Of a stretch of 64,000 bases of DNA, positions 19,506 through 28,623 are shown piece by piece (the stretch's first letter is position 1; every line of letters begins with the position of its first letter). The translations under genes and the position numbers were made by a program. The notes beneath the pieces were generated by a model. The model made no database searches. It was not told the origin of the DNA and saw only the letters and a program-made list of their open reading frames with translations. This DNA comes from an uncultured Bacteroidales bacterium (lineage in GTDB: Bacteria; Bacteroidota; Bacteroidia; Bacteroidales; UBA932), in assembly GCA_900321715.1 (NCBI GenBank), contig ONXC01000008.1, positions 17,677 through 81,676 of the forward strand. The letters are read 5' to 3'.

Positions 19506-21821
19506 CTAGAAATCACCAAGGACTACATCTCCGAAGTTAAGACCGGTTTCCCAGTTGATATCCACGGAAAGACCCAGGGAAATCTCAGAGGAACGAAGGT
19601 CAGGAACAGTGACGTATGCCTTCTGGAGGGAAGTTTCACCGATGGTGAAGTTTGCAACGGTCATAAAGTCCTGCATGAAGACGCGGATAGCCTCCTTGGT
19701 GGTGCCGGTGGCGTCATCATTGTAAGGAGGAAGGTTGTAGTTGGTGGCGTTACGCGTAGGGAAAGACTTACCGGCAGGATCCAGTTTACCTATGAGGTAG
19801 AAGGTGCCGCCTTTACGTACCCTGTTGGCGTTACCCCAGAAGTCCTTGGTGTTATTCACAAGTTCAAGGGCTACGTAAACGGGAGTCTGGGCATCGTTTG
19901 CAAGGGCTGAATTCCAGTTATCCCACAGAAGGGTATAGTTGGGATCTGAAGGGGTGCCGACGGATCCGGGAATTGTGGTGTTGGGGATGTCGTTGTCATA
20001 AACGATGTGGTCGAAGGTGCTGCCCTTGTTCACATAGTTCCAGCCAACGGTCTGGGTTGCGCCACCCACAAGGATGCCGGTAAGACGGAAAGCGTCTGCA
20101 GCAATGTCAATGGTGGCATCGGGCTCATCTGCGCCGGAACGGGCCTGCTGGATAGCGTGATTGTTATCCTTGAGGGTTGCAGCGCCGTACTTGACGGTGC
20201 TCTTGAGAAGGGCGGTACCGTAGTTGATATCTTTCTGCATCGCAACGCTGCGGGTGGTGGAGGAAACCTTACCGTCCTTGGTCCAGCCGGCGGTACCGGC
20301 GAGTTCGCCGGTTCCCCAGGTGGCGTCTGCATCCCAGTTGGCTACAGTGTTGGGATAGTGGGCTGTTTCGTGAGCGTCATCGGTAACACGTACGGGGCTG
20401 TTGCCATAGTACAAAAGTTCTGCAGGGAACAGGTACTTGTTGATATCCTGAGAGCCGCCGCCCATTCCGTATGCGGGAATTGAGGTGAGGTAAGACCAGG
20501 ATTTTGTTGCGGGGTTATAAGTAATGATAGCGGAACCCTTGGGCATATCAATGTTGCCGGGGAAAGTTTCCAGGGTTTGGATGTGGGAGTACTGGGTTAC
20601 TTCCTTTCCAAGGACATAGGTGGCAACCTGAGATTTGATACTGGCCACATCACGATATGCAAGCGGGGCTGATGATCCGGTGAAGCAGGTTTGGATAATA
20701 GCGCAGATTCTCTGGGCAAGAAGTGCTGCAGCCTCACCATCCGGGAATGACGGAGCGGTGGTAGACACACGCTGGGCCACGGTGTAAATATCGGAGACTA
20801 CGGACTGCATGGCATCACCGGAACCGGCACGGAGTTCACCGTTGCCGGCCATACTGCGAATGGTTGTAAGTTCTGTATGGGCCTGGCCAAGGATTTCCTG
20901 GTTAGGGGTGAGAGTTACGTCGTTGCTGGGATCAGCGTCGTTGTTAAGGATGTATTGTGCACCAAGTTCAGCCCAGGACATTTCACCTACGTATAATCTC
21001 TGAGAGAGGTGAGGGGCGGCTGTACCGGGAAAGTCTCCGTTTGCACCGCCTCCGGGAAGTGCGGCTTTCTCGGGATCACTCATACTGCTGAGGTCAAGGA
21101 TATCCTGCGCAGGGTCATTGATGGGCCAATAGAAAGCGTAACGGAGGTCACGGGATAACTTTGAGCCTTCAGAACCGGCGGTATACTGCTTGAGTGCAGC
21201 ATTGGAGAGCATAGTCATACAGGTGGCAAAGAGATCTGCGCTCTCATTGAAGATGACCTGATTTTCATCGGTCATACGTTTTGCGATAGTGAAGGCAGTG
21301 TTGGTGGCATTGTCCTGCACATCCATTGTAACGCTACCGGCCGCTTTACTTGCAAGGGCGCCCTTGGGAGCCTTGCCGTAGAACATAAGGGCGTTGGTGC
21401 CAACAGGAAGGGCAAGTTCCATAACACGGCGTGACTGGCTTTCGGAAATTTCGTCGAAGGCAAGAAGGTTGCCAAGACTATAGGCACGCTTTGCCGTGGC
21501 CTTTGCAGCAGTGCTCATATCAAAGATATGGGAACCACCGTTGTTGGCGCCAAGGTTGTAATCAAGTTCGTAGGCAAGGAGGGAAACATCCTCCATACCG
21601 CGGAACTTCTCAGTAGTGGTGGCCTGGGTATTGGCCGCCGTCTGCTTTGTGGTGGGTGAGTTTGCAGTAGCAATGTTCAGGACAAACTGTGTCTTGACGG
21701 TGTTGCTCTGCTCGTCATAGTTGGGATTCACTGCGGCAGAAGGGGCCTCCTTCTTGGAGCAGGATGCCAAAGCAAGGAGCGCAACCGCTCCGGCGAGGGC
21801 AATTTTGAGAATTTTCGTCAT
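19506..21821 (-). CDS. Major stalk pilin candidate, Mfa1/FimA-like (operon A)
   Basis: Lipobox LASC; TTKQ; YLFPAELLYY; INYGTALL; VALELVN; AYVTVPDLR...GLSVDINW; paralog of 34590-36875. Confidence 0.78.
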   Translation of the reverse strand: MTKILKIALAGAVALLALASCSKKEAPSAAVNPNYDEQSNTVKTQFVLNIATANSPTTKQTAANTQATTTEKFRGMEDVSLLAYELDYNLGANNGGSHIFDMSTAAKATAKRAYSLGNLLAFDEISESQSRRVMELALPVGTNALMFYGKAPKGALASKAAGSVTMDVQDNATNTAFTIAKRMTDENQVIFNESADLFATCMTMLSNAALKQYTAGSEGSKLSRDLRYAFYWPINDPAQDILDLSSMSDPEKAALPGGGANGDFPGTAAPHLSQRLYVGEMSWAELGAQYILNNDADPSNDVTLTPNQEILGQAHTELTTIRSMAGNGELRAGSGDAMQSVVSDIYTVAQRVSTTAPSFPDGEAAALLAQRICAIIQTCFTGSSAPLAYRDVASIKSQVATYVLGKEVTQYSHIQTLETFPGNIDMPKGSAIITYNPATKSWSYLTSIPAYGMGGGSQDINKYLFPAELLYYGNSPVRVTDDAHETAHYPNTVANWDADATWGTGELAGTAGWTKDGKVSSTTRSVAMQKDINYGTALLKSTVKYGAATLKDNNHAIQQARSGADEPDATIDIAADAFRLTGILVGGATQTVGWNYVNKGSTFDHIVYDNDIPNTTIPGSVGTPSDPNYTLLWDNWNSALANDAQTPVYVALELVNNTKDFWGNANRVRKGGTFYLIGKLDPAGKSFPTRNATNYNLPPYNDDATGTTKEAIRVFMQDFMTVANFTIGETSLQKAYVTVPDLRSSEISLGLSVDINWETGLNFGDVVLGDF

Positions 21822-21844
21822 ACGCTTAATGTATAAAATTGTTG

Positions 21845-23557
21845 TTATTTCCTGTTCTTCTTATTTTTCTTTGCCGCCTTGGCATCATTTTCCATCTCCT
21901 GCCTCAGAGCCTCCTGGGAGCGTTTCTGCTCCATGTACTCATTGTATTTACGGAGGAATTCCTGCGCGGCATCAATGTTCCCGCGGGCGCAGTCACTGCC
22001 CATTTTATCCGCTTCATGAAGAATCTCAAGGGCCTGACCTGCCTGGAGGGTATCTATCTGTTCAAGTTCCACGGCTGCGCCAAAGAGGGCTATGCCGTAA
22101 GCGTTTGCAGCCTCTGCGTCCTTTTTCACGCGGTCCATATATTCCGCATTGCTCTCGTAGGCCTTGACTGCATCTGAATACCTGTGGTCCTGAATAAGGG
22201 CATTGATAGCGGTAAGTTCCTGTGCCACAAGATCAGGCTTGGTCTTGAAGTAAATGTGCACGTAACCGGAGTTTCGCTGGTCCTTGAGGATATCCTCCTT
22301 GAGGGCCCTGTAAAGCTTCCTGTTGGCCTTCATCTTCTTCTCACGGGCCTCCGGATCCGGCTCATTGTCTATGAGGTCAAGCAGCCACGAAGCACCATCC
22401 CCGGTGATTCCTGAACCGCCGTCCGGGACAAGGGCCGATATCTGGTTACGGAACCAGGGCCAGGCTTCTCCCCTGCCCTGAGCCTCTACCTGGCTTTCTT
22501 CTATGCCAAGTTCGTCCACAATGTACTGCTTGAGGGCCGCGGCACGGCCTTCTCCCAGCCACTTGTTGTGTTTCCAGTTACCTTCAACGGATGCCAGACC
22601 AACAATCTGGATGAGGGCCAGTGAGTCACGGTCATCGGCAATAATCCTGCGGCTTACGTCAAGGATTTCATCAAGCACCGGGCTGTTGTCGGCAAAATCC
22701 TTAAAGAGGGTTATGCTGTCCAGCGGGAAATGGACGTAGCGGATGCTGTCAGATCCCGCGGGAGCGTTTATGATCTCATCAATTGTGCGGTAATTCTCAA
22801 TGGGCGTTACCCAGTGGTCTTTCCCTGCAATGTCACGGGCCGATGTACGCTCAGGCGCAATTTCCTTGACCTGGGCCACCATGAGGAGCGGACGGATGAT
22901 CTGGACGGTGTCTATGCCGGAAACCAGTTCCACCCATTCATGCCGGGGAAGCACGTTGTAAGCGATGTTGAGGCCAAGTTTAGGGATGAGGGCAAGCTTA
23001 CTTTCCTCTCCAAGGCGGGTACCGCAGTGGGCGCATTCAAACTTGTCATATGCGGCAAGGCCTGCACCTACGCCTGCCTCCGCCTCAATGCGCCAATGGT
23101 CTCCCAGCCACCATGAATAGCCCACGAATATGCCTGCACCAAAGAAATCTCCCTGCACCCTGTGATCCACAACATCCGGATACAGGCCGAAGGGGAACCT
23201 CACATTACCAACGTTGTAGTGCGTGTAGATGAAATCTGCACCCGCAAAGAGGCCGTCATACACCTGATCAAAGTAATAGCGGAATTCCGGGGCAATTACA
23301 AGATGCTTCCAGTGCTTTGTGTTCTGGACGTATTCCGTATCCCAGAAAAGGAAGCGCGGCCATGGCTTGAAACCAACGTTGGCGCCAAGGCTCATATGCT
23401 TTGCAAGGGGATATTCAAGGCCGATATTGGGAGCGCCTGCTGCGTCCCAGATGAGATTGTTCCTGATAGTGAGATCCTGCGCGGCAGCAACCCCGCAACT
23501 GAGCGCAATTGCCGCTGCAAGAATAGTACTCCTGAATATGGTGGAAACTGTTCTCAT
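21845..23557 (-). CDS. DUF3575 beta-barrel plus OmpA-like domain plus helical (TPR-like) tail (operon A, first gene)
   Basis: Signal peptide; IRNNLIWDA..PNIGLE; PEFRYY; CAHCG; GLASVEG..N..L...RA. Confidence 0.82.
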   Translation of the reverse strand: MRTVSTIFRSTILAAAIALSCGVAAAQDLTIRNNLIWDAAGAPNIGLEYPLAKHMSLGANVGFKPWPRFLFWDTEYVQNTKHWKHLVIAPEFRYYFDQVYDGLFAGADFIYTHYNVGNVRFPFGLYPDVVDHRVQGDFFGAGIFVGYSWWLGDHWRIEAEAGVGAGLAAYDKFECAHCGTRLGEESKLALIPKLGLNIAYNVLPRHEWVELVSGIDTVQIIRPLLMVAQVKEIAPERTSARDIAGKDHWVTPIENYRTIDEIINAPAGSDSIRYVHFPLDSITLFKDFADNSPVLDEILDVSRRIIADDRDSLALIQIVGLASVEGNWKHNKWLGEGRAAALKQYIVDELGIEESQVEAQGRGEAWPWFRNQISALVPDGGSGITGDGASWLLDLIDNEPDPEAREKKMKANRKLYRALKEDILKDQRNSGYVHIYFKTKPDLVAQELTAINALIQDHRYSDAVKAYESNAEYMDRVKKDAEAANAYGIALFGAAVELEQIDTLQAGQALEILHEADKMGSDCARGNIDAAQEFLRKYNEYMEQKRSQEALRQEMENDAKAAKKNKKNRK

Positions 23558-23571
23558 AATACCTTACGGCA

Positions 23572-23602
23572 CAAAAATAGGGATAATCTTTCTTAAAGCA
23601 AT
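23572..23602 (-). promoter_or_regulatory. Promoter of operon A
   Basis: -7 TATTTTTG (23579-23572) and -33-like ATTG (23602-23599), 19-nt spacer. Confidence 0.55.
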
Positions 23603-23677
23603 AATCCCCACCCCGCGGATTGAGGGTTTTGCATAAAATGAAACAGTTTTTGCAAATTTTGAAAGTGGGACGCCCGC

Positions 23678-24760
23678 TTATTGGGCTATAACGCTACGCA
23701 TCCAGGCCGTTACGGTTTTCCCTGTATGCTGCTTAAATACGGCACTGAAGGTGCTGTAGCTGCGATATCCGCTCTCGAAAGCCAATTGCTGGGCGGTATA
23801 GGAGCACCCATTTTCCACCGCATTATGATACAAATTTGCAAAATGACGTATGCGGAGGTTATTGATGTAAGTGTTGTATGTGAGACCCTGCTGTGCAAAG
23901 TACTGGCTCAGGTAGTAACGGTTTGTCCCGATTACCTGGGCAAGCTGCGCTAGGGAAAGGTCGTGCTTAAGGTATAACTGCTCTTCCTCGCAATGCTTTT
24001 TCAGTAGAGGGCCGATGTTTGCAGGTATGGTCTGAGGGGTTTGAACGGCTTTCTCCGGAGATGTTGTTTCGGAGAGTGCCTGGAGCGTTTCCACGCGCCA
24101 GACAAGCAGCAGCACCAGAATTACCGTATATATCTGGAAGAAATAGGCCACGGCACGGCTCTTTCCGGTAGTAATGCAATAAACCACAAAGAAAAGCAGG
24201 AACAGAGCAAGTATGAGGGTGCTCTGCCAGACCTCCTTGCGCTCAAGGTCTGCGTAGTTATCTCTGAGCCAGTATCCGTAGTGGCGGACAGCAATAAAAA
24301 TGAACACTATCAGCAGAGCATACATGAGTACGACACTGGCGCTAAGCGGAACATACAAAGCGGTTCCTCCCCGGAAAATACTTATCAGAAGAAGCACGGC
24401 GGTAGGAACCATCATTAACATAACTGGCCATATTGGCCTGCGCCTGTCCTGAAGCATAGACATCAGAATGCCAACTATAGAGGGAAAAAGAAGCAGCAGA
24501 TCCAGCCCGCAGACAACAAGGTAATGGGTCATCGAGGGGTAGAACCAGTACGTATAAACCAGCCAATACACATGGCTGATTGCACAAGATATCAGGAAAA
24601 CTGCGGCCCAGCGGCGAAGGCGCACAGGAGAGGTTACATCGGGCGCATAGGCATTGCCACTCCTCAGCAGCAGATACAGCGCCGCAATTATGTCAAGCAT
24701 TATTACGCCGCCATAAAAGATAAGAAATAATACGTCTTGAAGGATTTCCTGAAATTCCAT
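23678..24760 (-). CDS. Polytopic membrane AraC-family regulator
   Basis: About 7 hydrophobic helices, then LYLKHDLSLAQLAQVIGTNRYYLS...INNLRI...SGYRSYSTFSAVFK. Confidence 0.9.
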   Translation of the reverse strand: MEFQEILQDVLFLIFYGGVIMLDIIAALYLLLRSGNAYAPDVTSPVRLRRWAAVFLISCAISHVYWLVYTYWFYPSMTHYLVVCGLDLLLLFPSIVGILMSMLQDRRRPIWPVMLMMVPTAVLLLISIFRGGTALYVPLSASVVLMYALLIVFIFIAVRHYGYWLRDNYADLERKEVWQSTLILALFLLFFVVYCITTGKSRAVAYFFQIYTVILVLLLVWRVETLQALSETTSPEKAVQTPQTIPANIGPLLKKHCEEEQLYLKHDLSLAQLAQVIGTNRYYLSQYFAQQGLTYNTYINNLRIRHFANLYHNAVENGCSYTAQQLAFESGYRSYSTFSAVFKQHTGKTVTAWMRSVIAQ

Positions 24761-24812
24761 TAAGTACCTGCTTTTTCTGTAACGTGTTTTATATTTTGAA
24801 ACATCCTGGGGC

Positions 24813-26464
24813 TTACTCCGTGTAATCTACAACCGTCCAGTTGGAGGGGATACCGCTGGCATTCCGAGGATAATTCACCCCCGGCGCTCTGTAGAACGTT
24901 CCACTGTTACTTATGTTTGACATCCAGGTGTTCAGACAATCCTTTGCAGAGATGTCCGTGGCCAAGCAGATAATGCTTGTAATCTTGGAATCAGAAAACA
25001 TCTGCCTGTAACACTCCTGAACCAGTGTCGGGGCTGGCAGCTTGGGTGCAGCCCCTGTCAGTTTTTTGCACAGTCTGAACAATTCCCTGTAGCAATCCTG
25101 GGAAAGAGTCATGGCCGGTAATTCGATCCCACTTATATCCGTCAGATTTGAGCAGTCACGGAACATATTGTACACCTGTAAGCCGTGCCTTCTACGCGAA
25201 ACTGCGGCGCACGTGTCAGGCTGGTACAGTTACGAAACATCTGCATATAGCATTTGGACGCCAGCATAGTCACCGGAAGGATAAGCGGCTCATCCGGGTT
25301 GATATCGATATAATCAACCGCTTTGCTTGAGCCTTTTGAAAACGCGCCATGGAAAGCGCTCTCCGTAATATTATCCTCGTCTGCAAGCAGACTCATGATA
25401 TTCCCGGAAATATAACATTTTTTACTGGCATCAAAGATCGGCTTTCCCGCGGGGATTCCATAGTCACCCCCACCATTGTTTTCATAATTCGTCCGGTTCC
25501 CCCTTATGCAGGCAATATCGTCTGCATTCAATGTAAACTTTGCGGTATAAGGGATCCAATTATCACCGTCATCAAGGCTGTACTCAATGCCATCGTAATT
25601 GAAAGTGATTGTAGTGCCATTTGAAATGCCGGTGATAGTAAAGCCTTTGTATGAGAGCGTTGAACGGGAGATTGAATAATATGTGTTTGCAGCAAGAGTC
25701 TGGTCTGCGACGGAATAATTCAATTGATCCGTATTCTCAGAATCAATGACCAGCTTAGCATCTTCCAGCGACACATCTCCACCAAGAAACGCGAATACAA
25801 AAGGAAGTTTGCCGGCGCTTGTGACCTTAACACTCACTTCCCGGAGAGTGGCGCTATTATTCAGCAGTTTTGCCGTAAACACGCTGTTGACGGGAGCCTG
25901 ATTGGGTTTCATCCTCACTGAACACTTCAAAAAGCTTGACTGCTGATGAAGGGTGAAACTCTTATCCTTCAGAAGGCCGGAGCCGGTAAAATGGCTCAGA
26001 CGCCTTACAGCATCCTCCAGGGAAGGCGCCCAGGTGTCCTGGCCATAACTGCTGGCGGTAACTGCGGCAACTTTTCCCTCCGATACGGTATGCAAAGCGT
26101 CCGTCGCGCTCACAAGGACCAGTGAAATAGAGGTTTCTGGATCACGGGGAAGATCTCCAAGATAGTAAAGCTCTCCCTCAAAATAAGCCTCATGACTCCC
26201 CACTCCGTTTTCATCGGCCAGATCCAGGAAACCATACAGTTTACCATCCGCACTCTCCACATACACCCTGTCTCCGGTTTCATATTTATACGCCAAGTCA
26301 TTTCCAATAGTTGCCTTGGTGTCCACATCCGTCCGGACAGAAACCCTGTAATGAATGGTTTGAACTTCCGGAGTGGAAGAGGGGGTTTCCACCTCTTTTT
26401 CACACGCCGTCAGAAGAGACAGAGCCATCAAAAGGAGAACCTTTGCATCCATTAACTTACTCAT
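24813..26464 (-). pseudogene. Frameshifted pilin-type lipoprotein with C-terminal BspA/LRR-like repeats (operon B, last structural gene)
   Basis: Lipobox LTAC and DTKA motif. Repeats of the CYxxMFxxCxxL type continue across a frame change at about 25173 (ORFs 25142-26464 and 24813-25175). Could be an assembly error. Confidence 0.7.
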
Positions 26465-28623
26465 AGCTTGCCTCCGTTGTTAAGATTATCGCCTAAGTCT
26501 ATATTACCGCCATCCTTACTGGAATTTGTAAAGGAGACGCTTCCCAAGTAAAAGAAATCATTGGCCACCCAGACGGTTGTAGCACTCTCTTCCCGGTTAG
26601 TCATGAAATAACAGGAGAACGTACAGAAATTATCCACCGCCGTAATGCCATTGTACTCTTCCAGCGAAAGGGTACGGACAAACTGGATGGTCTGCTTCCC
26701 CTTGTAGGCATCATTCTCCGATATAGACTGTCCGGATAAGACGGGAAGGTTGTTTCCATCAACGGTATTGTCCGGGGTAAGGGTAAGACGCTCTGCCTCA
26801 ATGATAAACTCCAGCGGGAACATTGAGGAAGGCAGGCCGTCGGGGATGGATATATTAAGTACCTGCTTCGCTCCCTTTTCCATACGAAGTTCCGGTTTAC
26901 TCAGGCTCAGCTGCAGGGGCTGCTTATTCTGAAGGGAGATCTCCACCTCCCTGTAAAGCGGATACTGCTCGTGGGTATAGAGGTTACGGCCCGTAATCTT
27001 TATCTTCTGGGTCTTGGTCTCATTTCCTGGAATCTTTGTATTGAAGCGGATTATCCTGAATCCCGGCACTCCGCCCATCTCCTGGGCCGACGGATAGAAG
27101 GCGTGAACCTCGTTCCCAACGTCATCGTAAAGGGTGAGGATATCATCCTCGTTCCCGTCCATGGGCATAAGTTCAACGGATACTGCGCCCCAGTCAGTAT
27201 TGGGATCAGCGGAATTCACGTCATTGAAGAAACGGGCATAGAGGTAATAGTATCCTTCCTCGTTGGGGCCGGTGTATGTCCTGGACATGAACGGCTCAAC
27301 CACAAGGCGCGTGATTCCGTTGGAGATGTCCCCAAGATGCTTCATTGAAATATCGGCCGATATATCCTCTGCGCCGGAGGATACGGCGGCAAGCTGTGGC
27401 GTTGCAACACCGGCAGAGGATATCCTGTTGAGCCTGATATTGTAGCGGAAGTTCCTGTAGATGGGATAGTACTGATATACGGACTCGTTATTCACCACCT
27501 TGGTTTCCATAAGGTCAAGGCGGTAGTAGAAAAACTCCCCTTCATTCCCAAACCTTCCGCGGATAATCACGAACGTGGGTTCAAGGGTTCCGCTGGGGAT
27601 TGTGCGTTCATAGATGTGGAAACCTTGGTCGGGGTTGTTTTTGTTGTACCTGATTACCCTTCCGCCGCTGGTTTCGGGGTTGATAAACATCTCATCCGAA
27701 GGGATAATCTTATCTATCTCCACCTTTGGAGGCATGTTGCCAAGGTAGCCCAGCGTTTCGTCCAACTTCGGGAAATCGCACTTTTCATAGCCGCTGAAAC
27801 GATAATTTGCGGCGGCACCAAAAGTGAAAGGATCATCATTCTGGCCGGCGTTACCGCGGTACGGAACCACGGAACCGTTCTTGGGGAAGTAGATGACAGA
27901 GTAACTGTAAAGTTCAAATCCGTCTTCTTCCGCCGTTGCGTCCGTCACCTGGATCTCTGCATAGTTGCGGATAAGGGGGATATAGCTCAGTGCATCCTTA
28001 GTGTCATCATCCGGGATGTAGGAGCCATTCTGGATAACTGCCTGGCCATTGTCATACTTGGGGTGAATGAATTCAAGCCGGACCTGCTGCCAGTAAGCCT
28101 GCTTTCCGGGATAGGATACAAGCGTTGGAAGGATCTGATAGGAGTAGGAACCCGTATTTAACTGATTCTCGTCAATGTTTCCAAGGAAATGGATGGTACG
28201 CGGACTGTCGGAGAGTTCAAGCTGGACGGTGAACTTGTACACCGTAACCATGTTCACCCCGTCCGTAAGGGGATAGTCCGTAATCTCAGAAATAGGAACC
28301 TCCTCCGTTACAGGCTGGCCATTGTCATACTTCACAACTTCCGCCTTCCTTATGTATTTTATGCTCTGGGTGGAGCCGCACACAACAAGGTATAGTTTGT
28401 CAGGGTCAAGATAAGGACTGGCGGTGATGTCACCCTCCGCCCCTTCTACGCCTTTTGTCATAGATGCAAGGCGGACTGCCGGAATGGAGAACGTAACAGT
28501 GACGGGCTTTCCTTCCAGGGCCGGGTCCATGCCATAGGCCGCCTCCTTCTCCTCAAAGGAAGAAGTGCAGGAGGACAGAATGGCCAGAAGCACTGTCAGA
28601 TATGCCAGAACACGTTTCATCAT
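26461..28623 (-). CDS. Type V pilus minor/tip-associated lipoprotein (operon B)
   Basis: Lipobox LSSC; MTKG; PLIRNYAEI; IYRNFRY; LPSSMFPLEF..NLPV..VRTLS. Confidence 0.72.
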   Translation of the reverse strand: MMKRVLAYLTVLLAILSSCTSSFEEKEAAYGMDPALEGKPVTVTFSIPAVRLASMTKGVEGAEGDITASPYLDPDKLYLVVCGSTQSIKYIRKAEVVKYDNGQPVTEEVPISEITDYPLTDGVNMVTVYKFTVQLELSDSPRTIHFLGNIDENQLNTGSYSYQILPTLVSYPGKQAYWQQVRLEFIHPKYDNGQAVIQNGSYIPDDDTKDALSYIPLIRNYAEIQVTDATAEEDGFELYSYSVIYFPKNGSVVPYRGNAGQNDDPFTFGAAANYRFSGYEKCDFPKLDETLGYLGNMPPKVEIDKIIPSDEMFINPETSGGRVIRYNKNNPDQGFHIYERTIPSGTLEPTFVIIRGRFGNEGEFFYYRLDLMETKVVNNESVYQYYPIYRNFRYNIRLNRISSAGVATPQLAAVSSGAEDISADISMKHLGDISNGITRLVVEPFMSRTYTGPNEEGYYYLYARFFNDVNSADPNTDWGAVSVELMPMDGNEDDILTLYDDVGNEVHAFYPSAQEMGGVPGFRIIRFNTKIPGNETKTQKIKITGRNLYTHEQYPLYREVEISLQNKQPLQLSLSKPELRMEKGAKQVLNISIPDGLPSSMFPLEFIIEAERLTLTPDNTVDGNNLPVLSGQSISENDAYKGKQTIQFVRTLSLEEYNGITAVDNFCTFSCYFMTNREESATTVWVANDFFYLGSVSFTNSSKDGGNIDLGDNLNNGGKL

